A program made the translations under genes and the position numbers. From Bifidobacterium longum subsp. longum JCM 1217 (GTDB taxonomy: Bacteria > Actinomycetota > Actinomycetes > Actinomycetales > Bifidobacteriaceae): DNA of 32,000 nucleotides. How positions within the stretch are numbered: position 1 is the stretch's first letter; every line of letters begins with the position of its first letter. Shown here piece by piece: positions 15,721-24,213 of this stretch. The DNA lies in assembly GCF_000196555.1 (NCBI RefSeq), contig NC_015067.1:1470001-1502000 (forward strand), written 5' to 3'. The notes beneath the pieces are model-generated. The model ran no database searches. It had not been told where the DNA came from and was given only the letters and a program-made list of their open reading frames with translations.

Positions 15721-16965
15721 ATGAGTAGCGAAACCACCAAGACCGGCAACGCCGGTCTCGTAAAAATCGCGCCTGTGATGTTCGCGTTCTTCGTCATGGG
15801 CTTCGTCGACCTGGTCGGCACCGCCACGAACTACGTCAAGGCTGAGTTCAATCTGGCCAACGGCACCGCGAACCTGTTCACCACCATGGTGTTCTTCTGG
15901 TTCCTGATCTTCGCCGTGCCCACCGGCATGCTGATGAACAAGATTGGCCGCCGCAAGACCGTGCTGTGGTCCATTCTCGTGACGCTGGTCGCCATGGCAC
16001 TGCCCATCATCGCCTACGTGGCCCTATCCGGCACCGCACGTCTGGTGCTCATCGTCATCTCCTTCGCCTTCCTCGGTATCGGCAACACCTTGATGCAGGT
16101 GTCTCTGAACCCGCTGCTCACCGTGTTCGTCAAGGGCGACAAGCTCGCCTCCACCCTGACGCTCGGCCAGTTCGTCAAGTCCTTCGCCTCCCTGTTCGCC
16201 CCGTACATCGCCATCTGGGGCGCCACCCAGCTCGGCATGTGGTGGATACTGTTCGTGATCTATCTGGTCGTCGGCATCGTCGGCTACGTGCTGCTCGCCA
16301 TCGACAAGATCGACGAACCCGCCCCCGACGCCGGCACCACCACCATCGGCCGCTGCTTCAAGCTCCTGTTCTCCGACCGCATCGTGCTGCTCTGCTTCCT
16401 CGGCATCGTGGCCCACGTGGGCGTGGACGTCGGCATCAACGCCCAGGCGCCGCGTATCCTCACCGAGCACACCGGCGACACCTTCACCGAAATCGCCGCC
16501 ACCGCCACCATGGTCTACTTCGTGGCCCGTATGATCGGCTGCTTCACCGGCGGCATCGTGCTCTCGAAGATTTCCAACCGCGTCGGCATTCTGGTGTGCG
16601 GCACCATCATGACCGCCTCCACCGTCTGCTTCGCCATCTTCTGCTCGATCACCTCCAACCCGCCGGTCGCCCTGTTCTGGGTGGCCGTGGCCCTGGTCGG
16701 CTTCGGCAACTCCAACGTGTTCTCGCTCTTCCTCTCCCACGCGCTGATGTACCGTCCGGAGCGCCAGAACGAAATCTCCGGCCTGATGCTCATGGCCCTG
16801 ATCGGCGGCGCCATCTTCCCGCCCATCATGGGTGCCCTGGCCGACGCCATGAGTGCCCAGCTCGGCGCCATCATCGTGATGTCCGTCGGCTGCATCTACG
16901 TGCTGGTCATCGGCGTTGGATACAAGGCCATCATTGAAGGCAAGAAGGCAGCCGTCAAGGCCTGA
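15721..16965 (+). CDS. MFS sugar transporter, fucose/glucose-galactose:H+ symporter (FHS)-like
   Basis: 414 aa with about 12 hydrophobic spans. The MNKIGRRKT loop after TM2 is typical of MFS. Adjacent to a sugar kinase. Substrate cannot be determined from sequence. Confidence 0.8.
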   Translation: MSSETTKTGNAGLVKIAPVMFAFFVMGFVDLVGTATNYVKAEFNLANGTANLFTTMVFFWFLIFAVPTGMLMNKIGRRKTVLWSILVTLVAMALPIIAYVALSGTARLVLIVISFAFLGIGNTLMQVSLNPLLTVFVKGDKLASTLTLGQFVKSFASLFAPYIAIWGATQLGMWWILFVIYLVVGIVGYVLLAIDKIDEPAPDAGTTTIGRCFKLLFSDRIVLLCFLGIVAHVGVDVGINAQAPRILTEHTGDTFTEIAATATMVYFVARMIGCFTGGIVLSKISNRVGILVCGTIMTASTVCFAIFCSITSNPPVALFWVAVALVGFGNSNVFSLFLSHALMYRPERQNEISGLMLMALIGGAIFPPIMGALADAMSAQLGAIIVMSVGCIYVLVIGVGYKAIIEGKKAAVKA

Positions 16966-17007
16966 CGATCGGCCTGGCTGCGGCTTCCTGAAGCCGATAT
17001 ACGAAAA

Positions 17008-17034
17008 GCCCTGTGCGAATGATCCGCACAGGGC
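17008..17034. terminator. Bidirectional terminator between the MFS gene (+) and dtd (-)
   Basis: GCCCTGTGCG (17008-17017) / CGCACAGGGC (17025-17034), flanked by AAAA on the left and TTTT on the right. Confidence 0.8.
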
Positions 17035-17061
17035 TTTTCGTATATGTACTTGTCGCTTGGC

Positions 17062-17550
17062 TCAGCGGGACCCGTCAGGCATATCAGTTTCGGTGTCGAT
17101 GACGATGGTCACCGGCCCGTCATTGACCAGTCCGACCCGTATATGCGCGCCGAAACGACCTTCCTTCACCGGCACTCCCCCGGAGCGCAACGCCTCGTTG
17201 AACTTGATCCACATGAGATCGGCATGCTCGGGCTTGCCGGCCTTGATGAAGCTCGGGCGATTGCCCTTGTGCACGTCGGCGAACAACGTGAACTGCGAGA
17301 TGGAGAGAATCTCACCGCCGATGTCCTGAATCGAACGGTTCATCTTGCCCTGCGCATCCTCGAACACCCTGAGATTCAGAATCTTATGGGCCAACCAGGC
17401 GATCTGCTTGTCGCCGTCCTCATCGGTGACGCCCACCAGAATCATGAATCCCGGGCCAATCTGCTGCGGCTCGAACGTGGGATCCAGCGTGCCCAATTCA
17501 TTGACCACGTCCACGGACGCTTCGGATACTCGTTGCAATACGACTTTCAT
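17062..17550 (-). CDS. dtd: D-aminoacyl-tRNA deacylase
   Basis: MKVVLQRVSEASV N-terminus plus SQFTL and NDGPVT motifs characteristic of Dtd. 162 aa. GC is native-like (about 67% in a 60-nt sample). Confidence 0.92.
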   Translation of the reverse strand: MKVVLQRVSEASVDVVNELGTLDPTFEPQQIGPGFMILVGVTDEDGDKQIAWLAHKILNLRVFEDAQGKMNRSIQDIGGEILSISQFTLFADVHKGNRPSFIKAGKPEHADLMWIKFNEALRSGGVPVKEGRFGAHIRVGLVNDGPVTIVIDTETDMPDGSR

Positions 17551-17639
17551 GGTTCCCTACAGTACAACGTGTGCAGTCACCAGCCGGTAACGTACACGAC
17601 CGACTGGTGACCGGTAATATCTGCACTGCAGTTCATCGT

Positions 17640-18326
17640 TTACCGCTTCATTCGACGACGAGACCGATAGTCATCACGAACACCACCAAGAAAGTCCGGC
17701 GCGCTGAGGTCATCAAGGTCAGCACCTCCGCGCACGGCGGTCGCGGCACAGGCAACGGCCTCAAACGAGGCTTTGATTCCCTGTCCATCGGCATGAAAAT
17801 CAGTGGCGCATCGCGGTGAGATACCAAAATCACCAGCCGTCTGTTCGGCGTCGATGTTCGCGCCCAGAAACACAAACTCCCAATGATAGCGTTCACGCTC
17901 ATAGGTAATCATCTGCTTGATCTGATGCAACGAATATCGACGACTCGCGTTCTCATACCCGTCAGTAATGATGACAAACAGCACATGTTGAGCACGGTAC
18001 GCTGCCGCAGTATGTCGTTGCGTCACGATCATGCGGTCAATGGCCAGCCCAATCGCATCCAACAACGCAGTGCTACCGCGCACCCAGTAATCCCGGCTCG
18101 TCAAATCGTTCACTTCGCGGATGTCGAGGTGATTATGCAAGGTTTCGATTCGATGATCGAACAGTAGGGTCGTTACCCTGCACTCGCCGGCAATTGTTCG
18201 CTGCTTGGACAGCATGCTGTTGAAGCCACCGATGGTGTCTGATTCCAGACCTCCCATCGATCCGCTTCTGTCGACGACGAACACCAGTTCCGTACGGCCG
18301 TTATTGCCATTGTCGTTCTTGCCCAT
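17640..18326 (-). CDS. von Willebrand factor type A (vWA) domain protein with intact MIDAS motif
   Basis: VFVVDRSGSM (DxSxS), GSTALLDAIG (MIDAS Thr) and FVIITDGYENAS (MIDAS Asp), in an alternating beta/alpha pattern. AAAGGA lies 7 nt upstream of ATG 18326. Low GC (44% in the 17881-17980 sample). Confidence 0.85.
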   Translation of the reverse strand: MGKNDNGNNGRTELVFVVDRSGSMGGLESDTIGGFNSMLSKQRTIAGECRVTTLLFDHRIETLHNHLDIREVNDLTSRDYWVRGSTALLDAIGLAIDRMIVTQRHTAAAYRAQHVLFVIITDGYENASRRYSLHQIKQMITYERERYHWEFVFLGANIDAEQTAGDFGISPRCATDFHADGQGIKASFEAVACAATAVRGGADLDDLSAPDFLGGVRDDYRSRRRMKR

Positions 18327-18469
18327 GATGAATCCTTTCGCTCATTCGCCAGCCGGATTGTCGGCGATATCAATGAGCTTCGCATCATGGGACCAGTCCT
18401 AGGTCGCTTGGCAAGCGACAATATGCCGCGTATCGGCAGCAGGTCAGGAGACGAGCGTACCGCTCCGCA

Positions 18470-19573
18470 TCATTGCCCAAGCAACGGCTGATCGTATCGG
18501 AACAACATCTCGTTAATAGTGAATACATCAAACATCTCATGGACGATGAAGAATTCCACGATCACATCGAATTTCACGCTGTGCGACAGCGCATACCCGG
18601 CGCACGCCAATATATCTTGCGTCTCGTCAATATTCAGCCGTAAGGCAATGGCCAGTGCCAAAACCGTTTTCTTGCTGGGCATATAGCCATCGCCACAGCG
18701 AATTTTAGAGAACAGTTTACGATTGATATTCGCTCGTTTATATACCTCCACGTCGGAATATCCTTTGGCGTCGATAAGCCTCAAGAGAATGATGTTAAAA
18801 GGTTCATCCAGATTGGAGAGCACCGCATCATCCACATGCCCGGCGGATTTCGGCGATGGAGCTGCCGACGGCGCCGAGTAGACAGGCGTTTCACCCATAT
18901 CGCCCAGGAAATCCGGCATGTCCAAGACGCCGGAAGGTACGGCCCTATCCGCCTTCGGCTTATTATCCGAAAACCGTTGGAGAGCAAGCAGCTCATACGT
19001 TCTGCTTCCTAGCGTATCTTCATGCTCCGCTACATAATAATCATCAATATATGCGCGAAGACGTTTGTCAATACTGCTGCTTATTTCGAAAGCGGTTTTG
19101 TCGAATACGCATAGGTATACGTCGAGATCGTGTCCGGAGTCGGCTGCGTCGCCCAGGAATCGGCGAATCTCATCGAGGGCCACATGAAGGGCCTCGGCTT
19201 TCGGATATCCATAGATACCGCTGGAAATCAAGGGGAAGGCGATGCTGGCACACCCCTGCCGTGCCGCGAGTTCCATCGAATTGCGATAGCACGAACGCAG
19301 CAGACGTTCTTCATCATGCTTGCCGTCTCGCCATATCGGGCCTGCGGTATGAATCACATAGCGTGATGGCAAATTGAATCCCGGAGTGATAACCGCCTCA
19401 CCGGTATGAATGGGAGCAAACCGATCGCAGGCAGCAGCCATGCGCGAGACTCCCGCAGCGCGGAATATCGCGCCGCACACTCCCCCACCCATGGCGAGCT
19501 GCGTGTTTGCCGCATTGACTATGGCGTCCACCTTCATCTTCGTAATATCCTGTCGGACCAATTCCAGCGGCAT
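18470..19573 (-). CDS. Macro-domain (ADP-ribose binding/hydrolase) protein fused to a C-terminal XRE-like HTH module
   Basis: Macro blocks DAIVNAANTQLAMGGGVCGAIFRAAG, VIHTAGP and IAFPLISSGIYGYP. A Ser/Pro/Ala-rich linker follows. The C-terminal ~100 aa (YKRANINRKLFSKIR...SKKTVLALAIALRLNIDETQDIL) resemble an XRE-type HTH. The 478-aa track ORF begins inside ssrA, so I trimmed it to ATG 19573 (GGGAGGA upstream). ATG 19600 is an alternative. Low GC (42% in the 18481-18580 sample). Confidence 0.8.
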   Translation of the reverse strand: MPLELVRQDITKMKVDAIVNAANTQLAMGGGVCGAIFRAAGVSRMAAACDRFAPIHTGEAVITPGFNLPSRYVIHTAGPIWRDGKHDEERLLRSCYRNSMELAARQGCASIAFPLISSGIYGYPKAEALHVALDEIRRFLGDAADSGHDLDVYLCVFDKTAFEISSSIDKRLRAYIDDYYVAEHEDTLGSRTYELLALQRFSDNKPKADRAVPSGVLDMPDFLGDMGETPVYSAPSAAPSPKSAGHVDDAVLSNLDEPFNIILLRLIDAKGYSDVEVYKRANINRKLFSKIRCGDGYMPSKKTVLALAIALRLNIDETQDILACAGYALSHSVKFDVIVEFFIVHEMFDVFTINEMLFRYDQPLLGQ

Positions 19574-19735
19574 ATATCCTCCCTGATTACGGCGTAGCAT
19601 AATAGCCTCTACACATCGTGCAATCGGCAGCCCTGAACTAAGTCTAAATCGTTTCTTCCCCGCAAGTTCGTCCAACTGACATATCCGACACGAGAGAATA
19701 GCGGGAAAACAAGGAATCAACGGAGCAATAACAGA

Positions 19736-19773
19736 AAGCCGCTCAGCCTTACTTTCGTAAAGCCAAGCGGCTT
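19736..19773 (-). terminator. ssrA terminator hairpin
   Basis: AAGCCGCT (19736-19743) / AGCGGCTT (19766-19773) with partly paired internal sequence. On the minus strand it is followed by TTCTGTTATTG. It starts 19 nt past the tmRNA CCA end. Confidence 0.6.
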
Positions 19774-19791
19774 GTTTCCGCCGAGGCGGAT

Positions 19792-20188
19792 TGGTGGAGG
19801 CGCGGGGAATTGAACCCCGGTCCGATGACCGAGCCCACAGTCTTCTACGTGCGTAGTCTGCTGGCCAAGTTGGCGATTTTTCTGCCCCCATCGATGTCGC
19901 AGACAACTGATGGCGAGCATATCCGCAGTTAAAGTCCCGATGCAGCCCTGAGGCTCAACTGCATCAGCAAGTCTTCTAAACGACGCTCAGCATCCTCCCA
20001 AAGACGAGGAGGAGTGAACGGAGCGGCTGCTCACTGGTTAATCCTGACTAAAAATCAGGCAGCGAGAGCGAACTCAGTGCGGTTAGATTTAGCACTTATT
20101 CTTTTGCCGGGGTCATCCACGAGCGGACCCGGCGTTCTCGGCACGCTTCCCTGCAGCGAACAGGTCACCGTCGAAACCGATCGCCCCC
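19792..20188 (-). ncRNA. ssrA: tmRNA (transfer-messenger RNA)
   Basis: 5' end GGGGGCGATCGGTTTCGACGG. 3' end GGGGTTCAATTCCCCGCGCCTCCACCA. The 7-bp acceptor stem GGGGGCG/CGCCUCC carries the G3-U pair. Tag reading frame GCT AAA TCT AAC CGC ACT GAG TTC GCT CTC GCT GCC TGA at 20093-20055 encodes AKSNRTEFALAA. Length 397 nt. Confidence 0.95.
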
Positions 20189-20313
20189 AATCTTGAGTTA
20201 TCAAGCTTCCGGCTTTTCGGCCGGACTTTTCAGCATACACCCTATGGCGCTACTCGCGCAAATCGCCAGCAGCGAACATCGCCCCGGAACCAACGAAGCC
20301 AACGAAATCGCCG

Positions 20314-21381
20314 TCACTTGATGATGGGCTTCTGGGATGAGGAAACATCAATCTGATGTTTCCCGGCAAAGCCAGCCGTGCCAGCGGTGATGTTCTTGTC
20401 GATTTCCTCGACTTCCGCCAACTTCAGCTTCAGTTGCGAAGAGTCGCCCCAAATGATTACGCGGTCACCGTCGTTAAGCGTGGTAGTCACCGAATCCTGC
20501 GTCTCAGCGGTGACCTTGGTAATGGACTTACGCATCGATTCCGGCAACGCGCCCAGAATCGTCAGCGTCTCCTTCACCGAACGGTTCTTGAGACTGGCGT
20601 CTATATCCTTGACCTCGATCACCGGGATGCCATCCACGTTGGCGTTCTTCACCGAGTTCAACACACGCGCCTGGGAATCCACCGCGGTCAGGGTATCGCC
20701 TCTTTTCAGCATGGCCGCGGGCCGTTGCGCCTTGACTTCCACGCTCATCGACTTGGGGAACTGTTTGGAGACCTTGGCCTCGCTGACGCCGGGAATGGAC
20801 TTGAGTTGCTCTGTGACCTCATGGGCGGAGACCAGGAACAACGACTTTCCAGCCTGCTTATCGGCGATGACATGGATGGTCTGCGCACTCACCCATTCGT
20901 TGGCACCGGATACGCCGATCTCGCTGGTTTCCAGACGAAACACCGACGAGAAAAGCAGCAGCCATGCCAGCCCCGCCACTACAGCCACACTGACGACCGC
21001 AATCAACACGCGTAACGCAACGACGCGCACGTTTGCACGCTTGCGTTCTTTGGCGCGTTCGGTGAAATTCACCACTTTCGGGCGTGATGCGACTCCTAGG
21101 GAGCCGGTGGTCTGATGCAGCGTTTCGGCAACGTAATCCTCGCTGTGCAACCGCCGTGCATCGACGAAGGCACCGGCCTGGCCCTTGGCTACCGTCGCAT
21201 CGTCGATGATCTCCGGCTCGTCGATCTCATGACCGGAAGACACGGACCGGGGAGCGCGAGACTTCGACGAGCGACCCGTGTTTCCGCGTGAACCGATGGT
21301 GCGCGGCTTGCGGGAGCTCCCAGACGAACGACGTGAGCCGTTGTCATTGCCCCCGGATCTGACCGTGCGCCCGGACATCAC
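20314..21381 (-). CDS. ftsQ: Cell division protein FtsQ (POTRA-domain, single-pass membrane protein)
   Basis: Sits directly after murC. About 120 aa of basic Ser/Arg/Gly-rich N-terminal tail, one TM (VVALRVLIAVVSVAVVAGLAWLLLF), then an FtsQ-like extracytoplasmic region. Start is GTG 21381 or ATG 21378; both overlap the murC stop codon at 21378-21380. Confidence 0.82.
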   Translation of the reverse strand: MMSGRTVRSGGNDNGSRRSSGSSRKPRTIGSRGNTGRSSKSRAPRSVSSGHEIDEPEIIDDATVAKGQAGAFVDARRLHSEDYVAETLHQTTGSLGVASRPKVVNFTERAKERKRANVRVVALRVLIAVVSVAVVAGLAWLLLFSSVFRLETSEIGVSGANEWVSAQTIHVIADKQAGKSLFLVSAHEVTEQLKSIPGVSEAKVSKQFPKSMSVEVKAQRPAAMLKRGDTLTAVDSQARVLNSVKNANVDGIPVIEVKDIDASLKNRSVKETLTILGALPESMRKSITKVTAETQDSVTTTLNDGDRVIIWGDSSQLKLKLAEVEEIDKNITAGTAGFAGKHQIDVSSSQKPIIK

Positions 21382-22916
21382 TCGCAGCTTTCCCGATGGG
21401 CCTCAAGTGCGGTGAGCAGCACCTGATCCATGTCGGTGATGTCGCCCGCGCCCACGGTGAAGATCACGTCGCCGTGGTGGGCGCGCATGGCCATCATCTT
21501 GGCGGCCAGGCACATATCCTCAACCGGCTGAATCCACGTGCCTGCGGAAGCATCCTTGAGTCCCGCAGCCGCGTCCACGATGGTGGAGGGGCTGATGTCC
21601 GGGAAATCGGCCTGCTTTTCACGGGCCGGGAAGATGCCGGTGATAATGACGTCATCGGCTTTGGCTAAGGATTTGGCGAACTGGTGCGCGAAGAACTTGG
21701 TGCGGGAGAACAGGTGTGGCTGGAAGATCACACGAATGGTCGAATCGGGGTACCGGCGTCGGGCCGCATCCAGCAGGGCCGCGATTTCGGTGGGATGATG
21801 GGCGTAATCGTCCACTACAGTGACCTGCTTGACCGTGCCGCGCACCTGGAAGCGGCGTGCCGCACCGAGGAATGTGCCGGCCGCCTTGGCCGCGTCTGCG
21901 GGGCTCACGCCCAGCAGCACGGCAGCGCTGATGGCGGCGGCCGCATTGCGCGCATTGTGCACGCCAGGAACCTTCAGGGCAACGCTCTGAGACACCGGCT
22001 CCCCCGCCGTCACCGCGGCCGGCAGATGCAGGGTGAGCTGTTCGACGCCGCTGCCAGCGGTCTCGCTTTCCGAAGCGATCCAGACATACGCGGCACCGCC
22101 CAAATCGGGCAGGGATTCACGCGCGGTAGTGCCGTAGGCAACGGTATGGGATTTCACGTCGGCGGGCAGGGCCTCCAGCACGGCAAGTCCGTCGGGGTCG
22201 TCGATACTGATGATCACGTGACCGGTGGCCCGGCCGGCGTGGGCAACGAACGCGGCACGGTAGTGGGCTTCGTCGCCGTAATGGTCGAGATGATCGGCTT
22301 CACAGTTGGTGATAATGGCGATGGTCGGATGGTATTTGGCGAAGCTGCCGTCCGATTCGTCGGCTTCGGCCACCAGGATGTCGCCTTTGCCCGCGTGTCC
22401 GCCGTCCAGCGTGGTGCCGTCCGGGCCTTGGATAAAGCCGCCGATGGCGTAGCTTGGATCGGCACCGGCGTTCACCAGAATGTGGGACAGCATGGAGCTG
22501 GTGGTGGTTTTGCCGTGCGCTCCGGCCACGGTGACGGCTCGTTTGCCGTTCATGAGCAGGGCGAGGATGTCACTGCGATGCACAATGCGCTTGCCCGCCG
22601 CGTGTGCTGCGACGATTTCCGGATTGTCCGGTTTGATGGCGCTGGAGTAGACCACGGTCTCGGCCTGGGCGACATTTTCGGCTCGCTGCCCGAATTCAAC
22701 GGTGATGCCCAGCGTTTCAAGTCGGTCGGTTTTGGCGCTGTGTGCGCGATCGGAGCCGTCCACCGCGACTCCTTCGGTGTGCAGCATTTCGGCCAGAACG
22801 CTCATACCGGCACCGCCGATACCGATGAAATGGGTGGCGCCGAGATCCGCAGGGCGGGCCGCAGCATCGAATGAGGCATACGTAGGGTCAAGCACTATGG
22901 GCTGATCTTGAGACAA
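21378..22916 (-). CDS. murC: UDP-N-acetylmuramate--L-alanine ligase
   Basis: HFIGIGGAGMSVLAEML N-terminal Rossmann block and Mur ligase P-loop VAGAHGKTTTSSM. TTG start at 22916 with AAGGAG 7 nt upstream. Confidence 0.93.
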   Translation of the reverse strand: MSQDQPIVLDPTYASFDAAARPADLGATHFIGIGGAGMSVLAEMLHTEGVAVDGSDRAHSAKTDRLETLGITVEFGQRAENVAQAETVVYSSAIKPDNPEIVAAHAAGKRIVHRSDILALLMNGKRAVTVAGAHGKTTTSSMLSHILVNAGADPSYAIGGFIQGPDGTTLDGGHAGKGDILVAEADESDGSFAKYHPTIAIITNCEADHLDHYGDEAHYRAAFVAHAGRATGHVIISIDDPDGLAVLEALPADVKSHTVAYGTTARESLPDLGGAAYVWIASESETAGSGVEQLTLHLPAAVTAGEPVSQSVALKVPGVHNARNAAAAISAAVLLGVSPADAAKAAGTFLGAARRFQVRGTVKQVTVVDDYAHHPTEIAALLDAARRRYPDSTIRVIFQPHLFSRTKFFAHQFAKSLAKADDVIITGIFPAREKQADFPDISPSTIVDAAAGLKDASAGTWIQPVEDMCLAAKMMAMRAHHGDVIFTVGAGDITDMDQVLLTALEAHRESCE

Positions 22917-23016
22917 TTCAAAACTCCTTTAGGGATTCCAGCACCCTATATTATGACCGTATCTCGTGCTGCGGAACGGAATTGGTCAGTATCGCGCACG
23001 GAATGATATCTGAATA

Positions 23017-24198
23017 CTACTTGGATGGTTCGGCTAATTGCAGAACGTGCCGGGCCATGATTTCGGCAGCGTTTCTGATGCCGTATTCCCATGCCTTGCG
23101 GCCGAATTCGGCAAGTCGTTCGTGATCGGCGAGCAGATCGGGCACATGCTCATGCACCCACTGCGGGGTCAGGTCCTTGTCTGCGACCAGAAGGCCGCCG
23201 CCGGCGTTCACCACTGGCTCGGCGTTGAAACGCTGCTCGCCGTTGCCGATGGGCAGCGGCACGTAAATGGCCGGCAGGCCCAGTGCAGCCAGCTCGGATA
23301 CCGATCCGGCTCCGGCACGGCAAATCACCAAGTCGGCACAGGCAAAGGCCAGATCGATTCGTTCCAGATATTCGGCGGTATGGTAGTCACCTTGTCCGGC
23401 CGATTCGGGGCCGATGCCGGTAAGCACGTCCGCGCCGGCCGAGGCCGTGACCAGTTCGCGTACTTCGCTGATTTTGCCTCGCCCGGTCAAGTGGATGATT
23501 TGTGCGTGGGCCAACAGGTCTGCGGCGGAGGAGGCGATGGCGCGGTTCAGGCTTTGCGCTCCCAGCGATCCGCCAGTGACCAGCACCAGCGGACGGTTCG
23601 GATCGACGCCAAGCTGCGCGGCCGATTCACGGCGTACGGCGGCACGGTCGTCACCGATGCGTTTGGTCAGGGAGGCGATGGCCGGGCGCAACGGCAGACC
23701 GACGCGCTCGACGTCGGCTCCGGCACGCGGTTTGAGACCGGTGCCCTCGTACACGGTACCGATGAAATCGGCCCAACGAGCGCCCAGTTTATTGGCCATG
23801 CCGGCACGCGCATTCTGCTCATGGATGGCAATCGGAATGCCCATCTTGTGTGCGGTGGCGTAGACGGGGGCGGAAGCATACCCGCCGAATCCGGCCACGA
23901 CATCCGCATGCCGCGTTTCAAGAATGGAGCGCACCTTGGCGGTTTCTCGCTTCCATTTTGCCGGGAAGCGCAGCATGTACAGGTTAGGGCGACGCGGGAA
24001 CGGCACTTTTTCGATGGTGTCGAGCTCGTAGCCGGCCTCCGGCACCAAATCCTTCTCCAAACCCACCGCAGTGCCGATGACGGTGACCTGTGCCGTGGGT
24101 TCGATGTCGCGAATCGCCCCGGCGACCGCGAGCAGCGGATTGACATGTCCGGCGGTACCGCCGCCAGCAAGAACGATATGTGGTGTGCCTTGATTCAT
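23017..24198 (-). CDS. murG: Undecaprenyldiphospho-muramoylpentapeptide beta-N-acetylglucosaminyltransferase
   Basis: [20 protein letters not shown]-terminal G-loop, C-terminal GT28 block [22 protein letters not shown], and dcw position. Confidence 0.93.
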   Translation of the reverse strand: MNQGTPHIVLAGGGTAGHVNPLLAVAGAIRDIEPTAQVTVIGTAVGLEKDLVPEAGYELDTIEKVPFPRRPNLYMLRFPAKWKRETAKVRSILETRHADVVAGFGGYASAPVYATAHKMGIPIAIHEQNARAGMANKLGARWADFIGTVYEGTGLKPRAGADVERVGLPLRPAIASLTKRIGDDRAAVRRESAAQLGVDPNRPLVLVTGGSLGAQSLNRAIASSAADLLAHAQIIHLTGRGKISEVRELVTASAGADVLTGIGPESAGQGDYHTAEYLERIDLAFACADLVICRAGAGSVSELAALGLPAIYVPLPIGNGEQRFNAEPVVNAGGGLLVADKDLTPQWVHEHVPDLLADHERLAEFGRKAWEYGIRNAAEIMARHVLQLAEPSK

Positions 24199-24213
24199 GA
24201 TTACCGAGTCTAC

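Noticed and set aside
15966-16937. 323-aa same-strand alternative-frame ORF and a 238-aa antisense ORF (16024-16740) within the MFS gene
   Set aside because: Extreme Arg/His/Pro/Gly composition, no hydrophobic organisation, and nested in a 12-TM transporter frame that explains the region.
17640-19573. Interpreting the pair as a DarTG-like toxin-antitoxin system (macro domain acting as a DarG-type antitoxin)
   Set aside because: The partner is a vWA/MIDAS protein with no resemblance to DarT (DUF4433) or any ADP-ribosyltransferase fold that I can see. Gene order and sizes do not match DarTG either. I kept it only as a remote analogy.
17551-19791. Calling the low-GC cassette an integrated genomic island or mobile element at ssrA
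   Set aside because: There is no integrase, recombinase or transposase. I could not find by eye a duplicated copy of the tmRNA 3' end (att-like direct repeat) at the dtd-proximal boundary. The tmRNA also has its own terminator before the cassette. Foreign origin is likely, but the mechanism is unsupported, so I did not annotate a mobile_element.
19574-19906. N-terminal 111 codons of the 478-aa track ORF (18470-19906)
   Set aside because: This stretch runs through the ssrA terminator and 115 nt of the tmRNA 3' end, and it has no RBS. The macro domain begins right after ATG 19573, which does have an RBS.
20055-20240. 61-aa minus-strand ORF ending in ...AKSNRTEFALAA
   Set aside because: It is not a protein gene. 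Its last 12 codons are the tmRNA tag reading frame, and the rest is tmRNA structure plus upstream sequence read in frame by chance.
20189-20313. ssrA promoter (TTGATAACT about 8 nt upstream of the mature 5' end)
   Set aside because: Only a weak -10-like match and no clear -35. tmRNA is processed from a precursor, so the transcription start cannot be inferred from the mature end.
22917-23016. Possible internal promoter or sRNA in the AT-richer 100-nt murG-murC spacer (CATAATAT on the minus strand)
   Set aside because: I could not pair the -10-like hexamer with a credible -35 at 16-18 nt spacing, and there is no conserved structure. The evidence is insufficient to annotate it.
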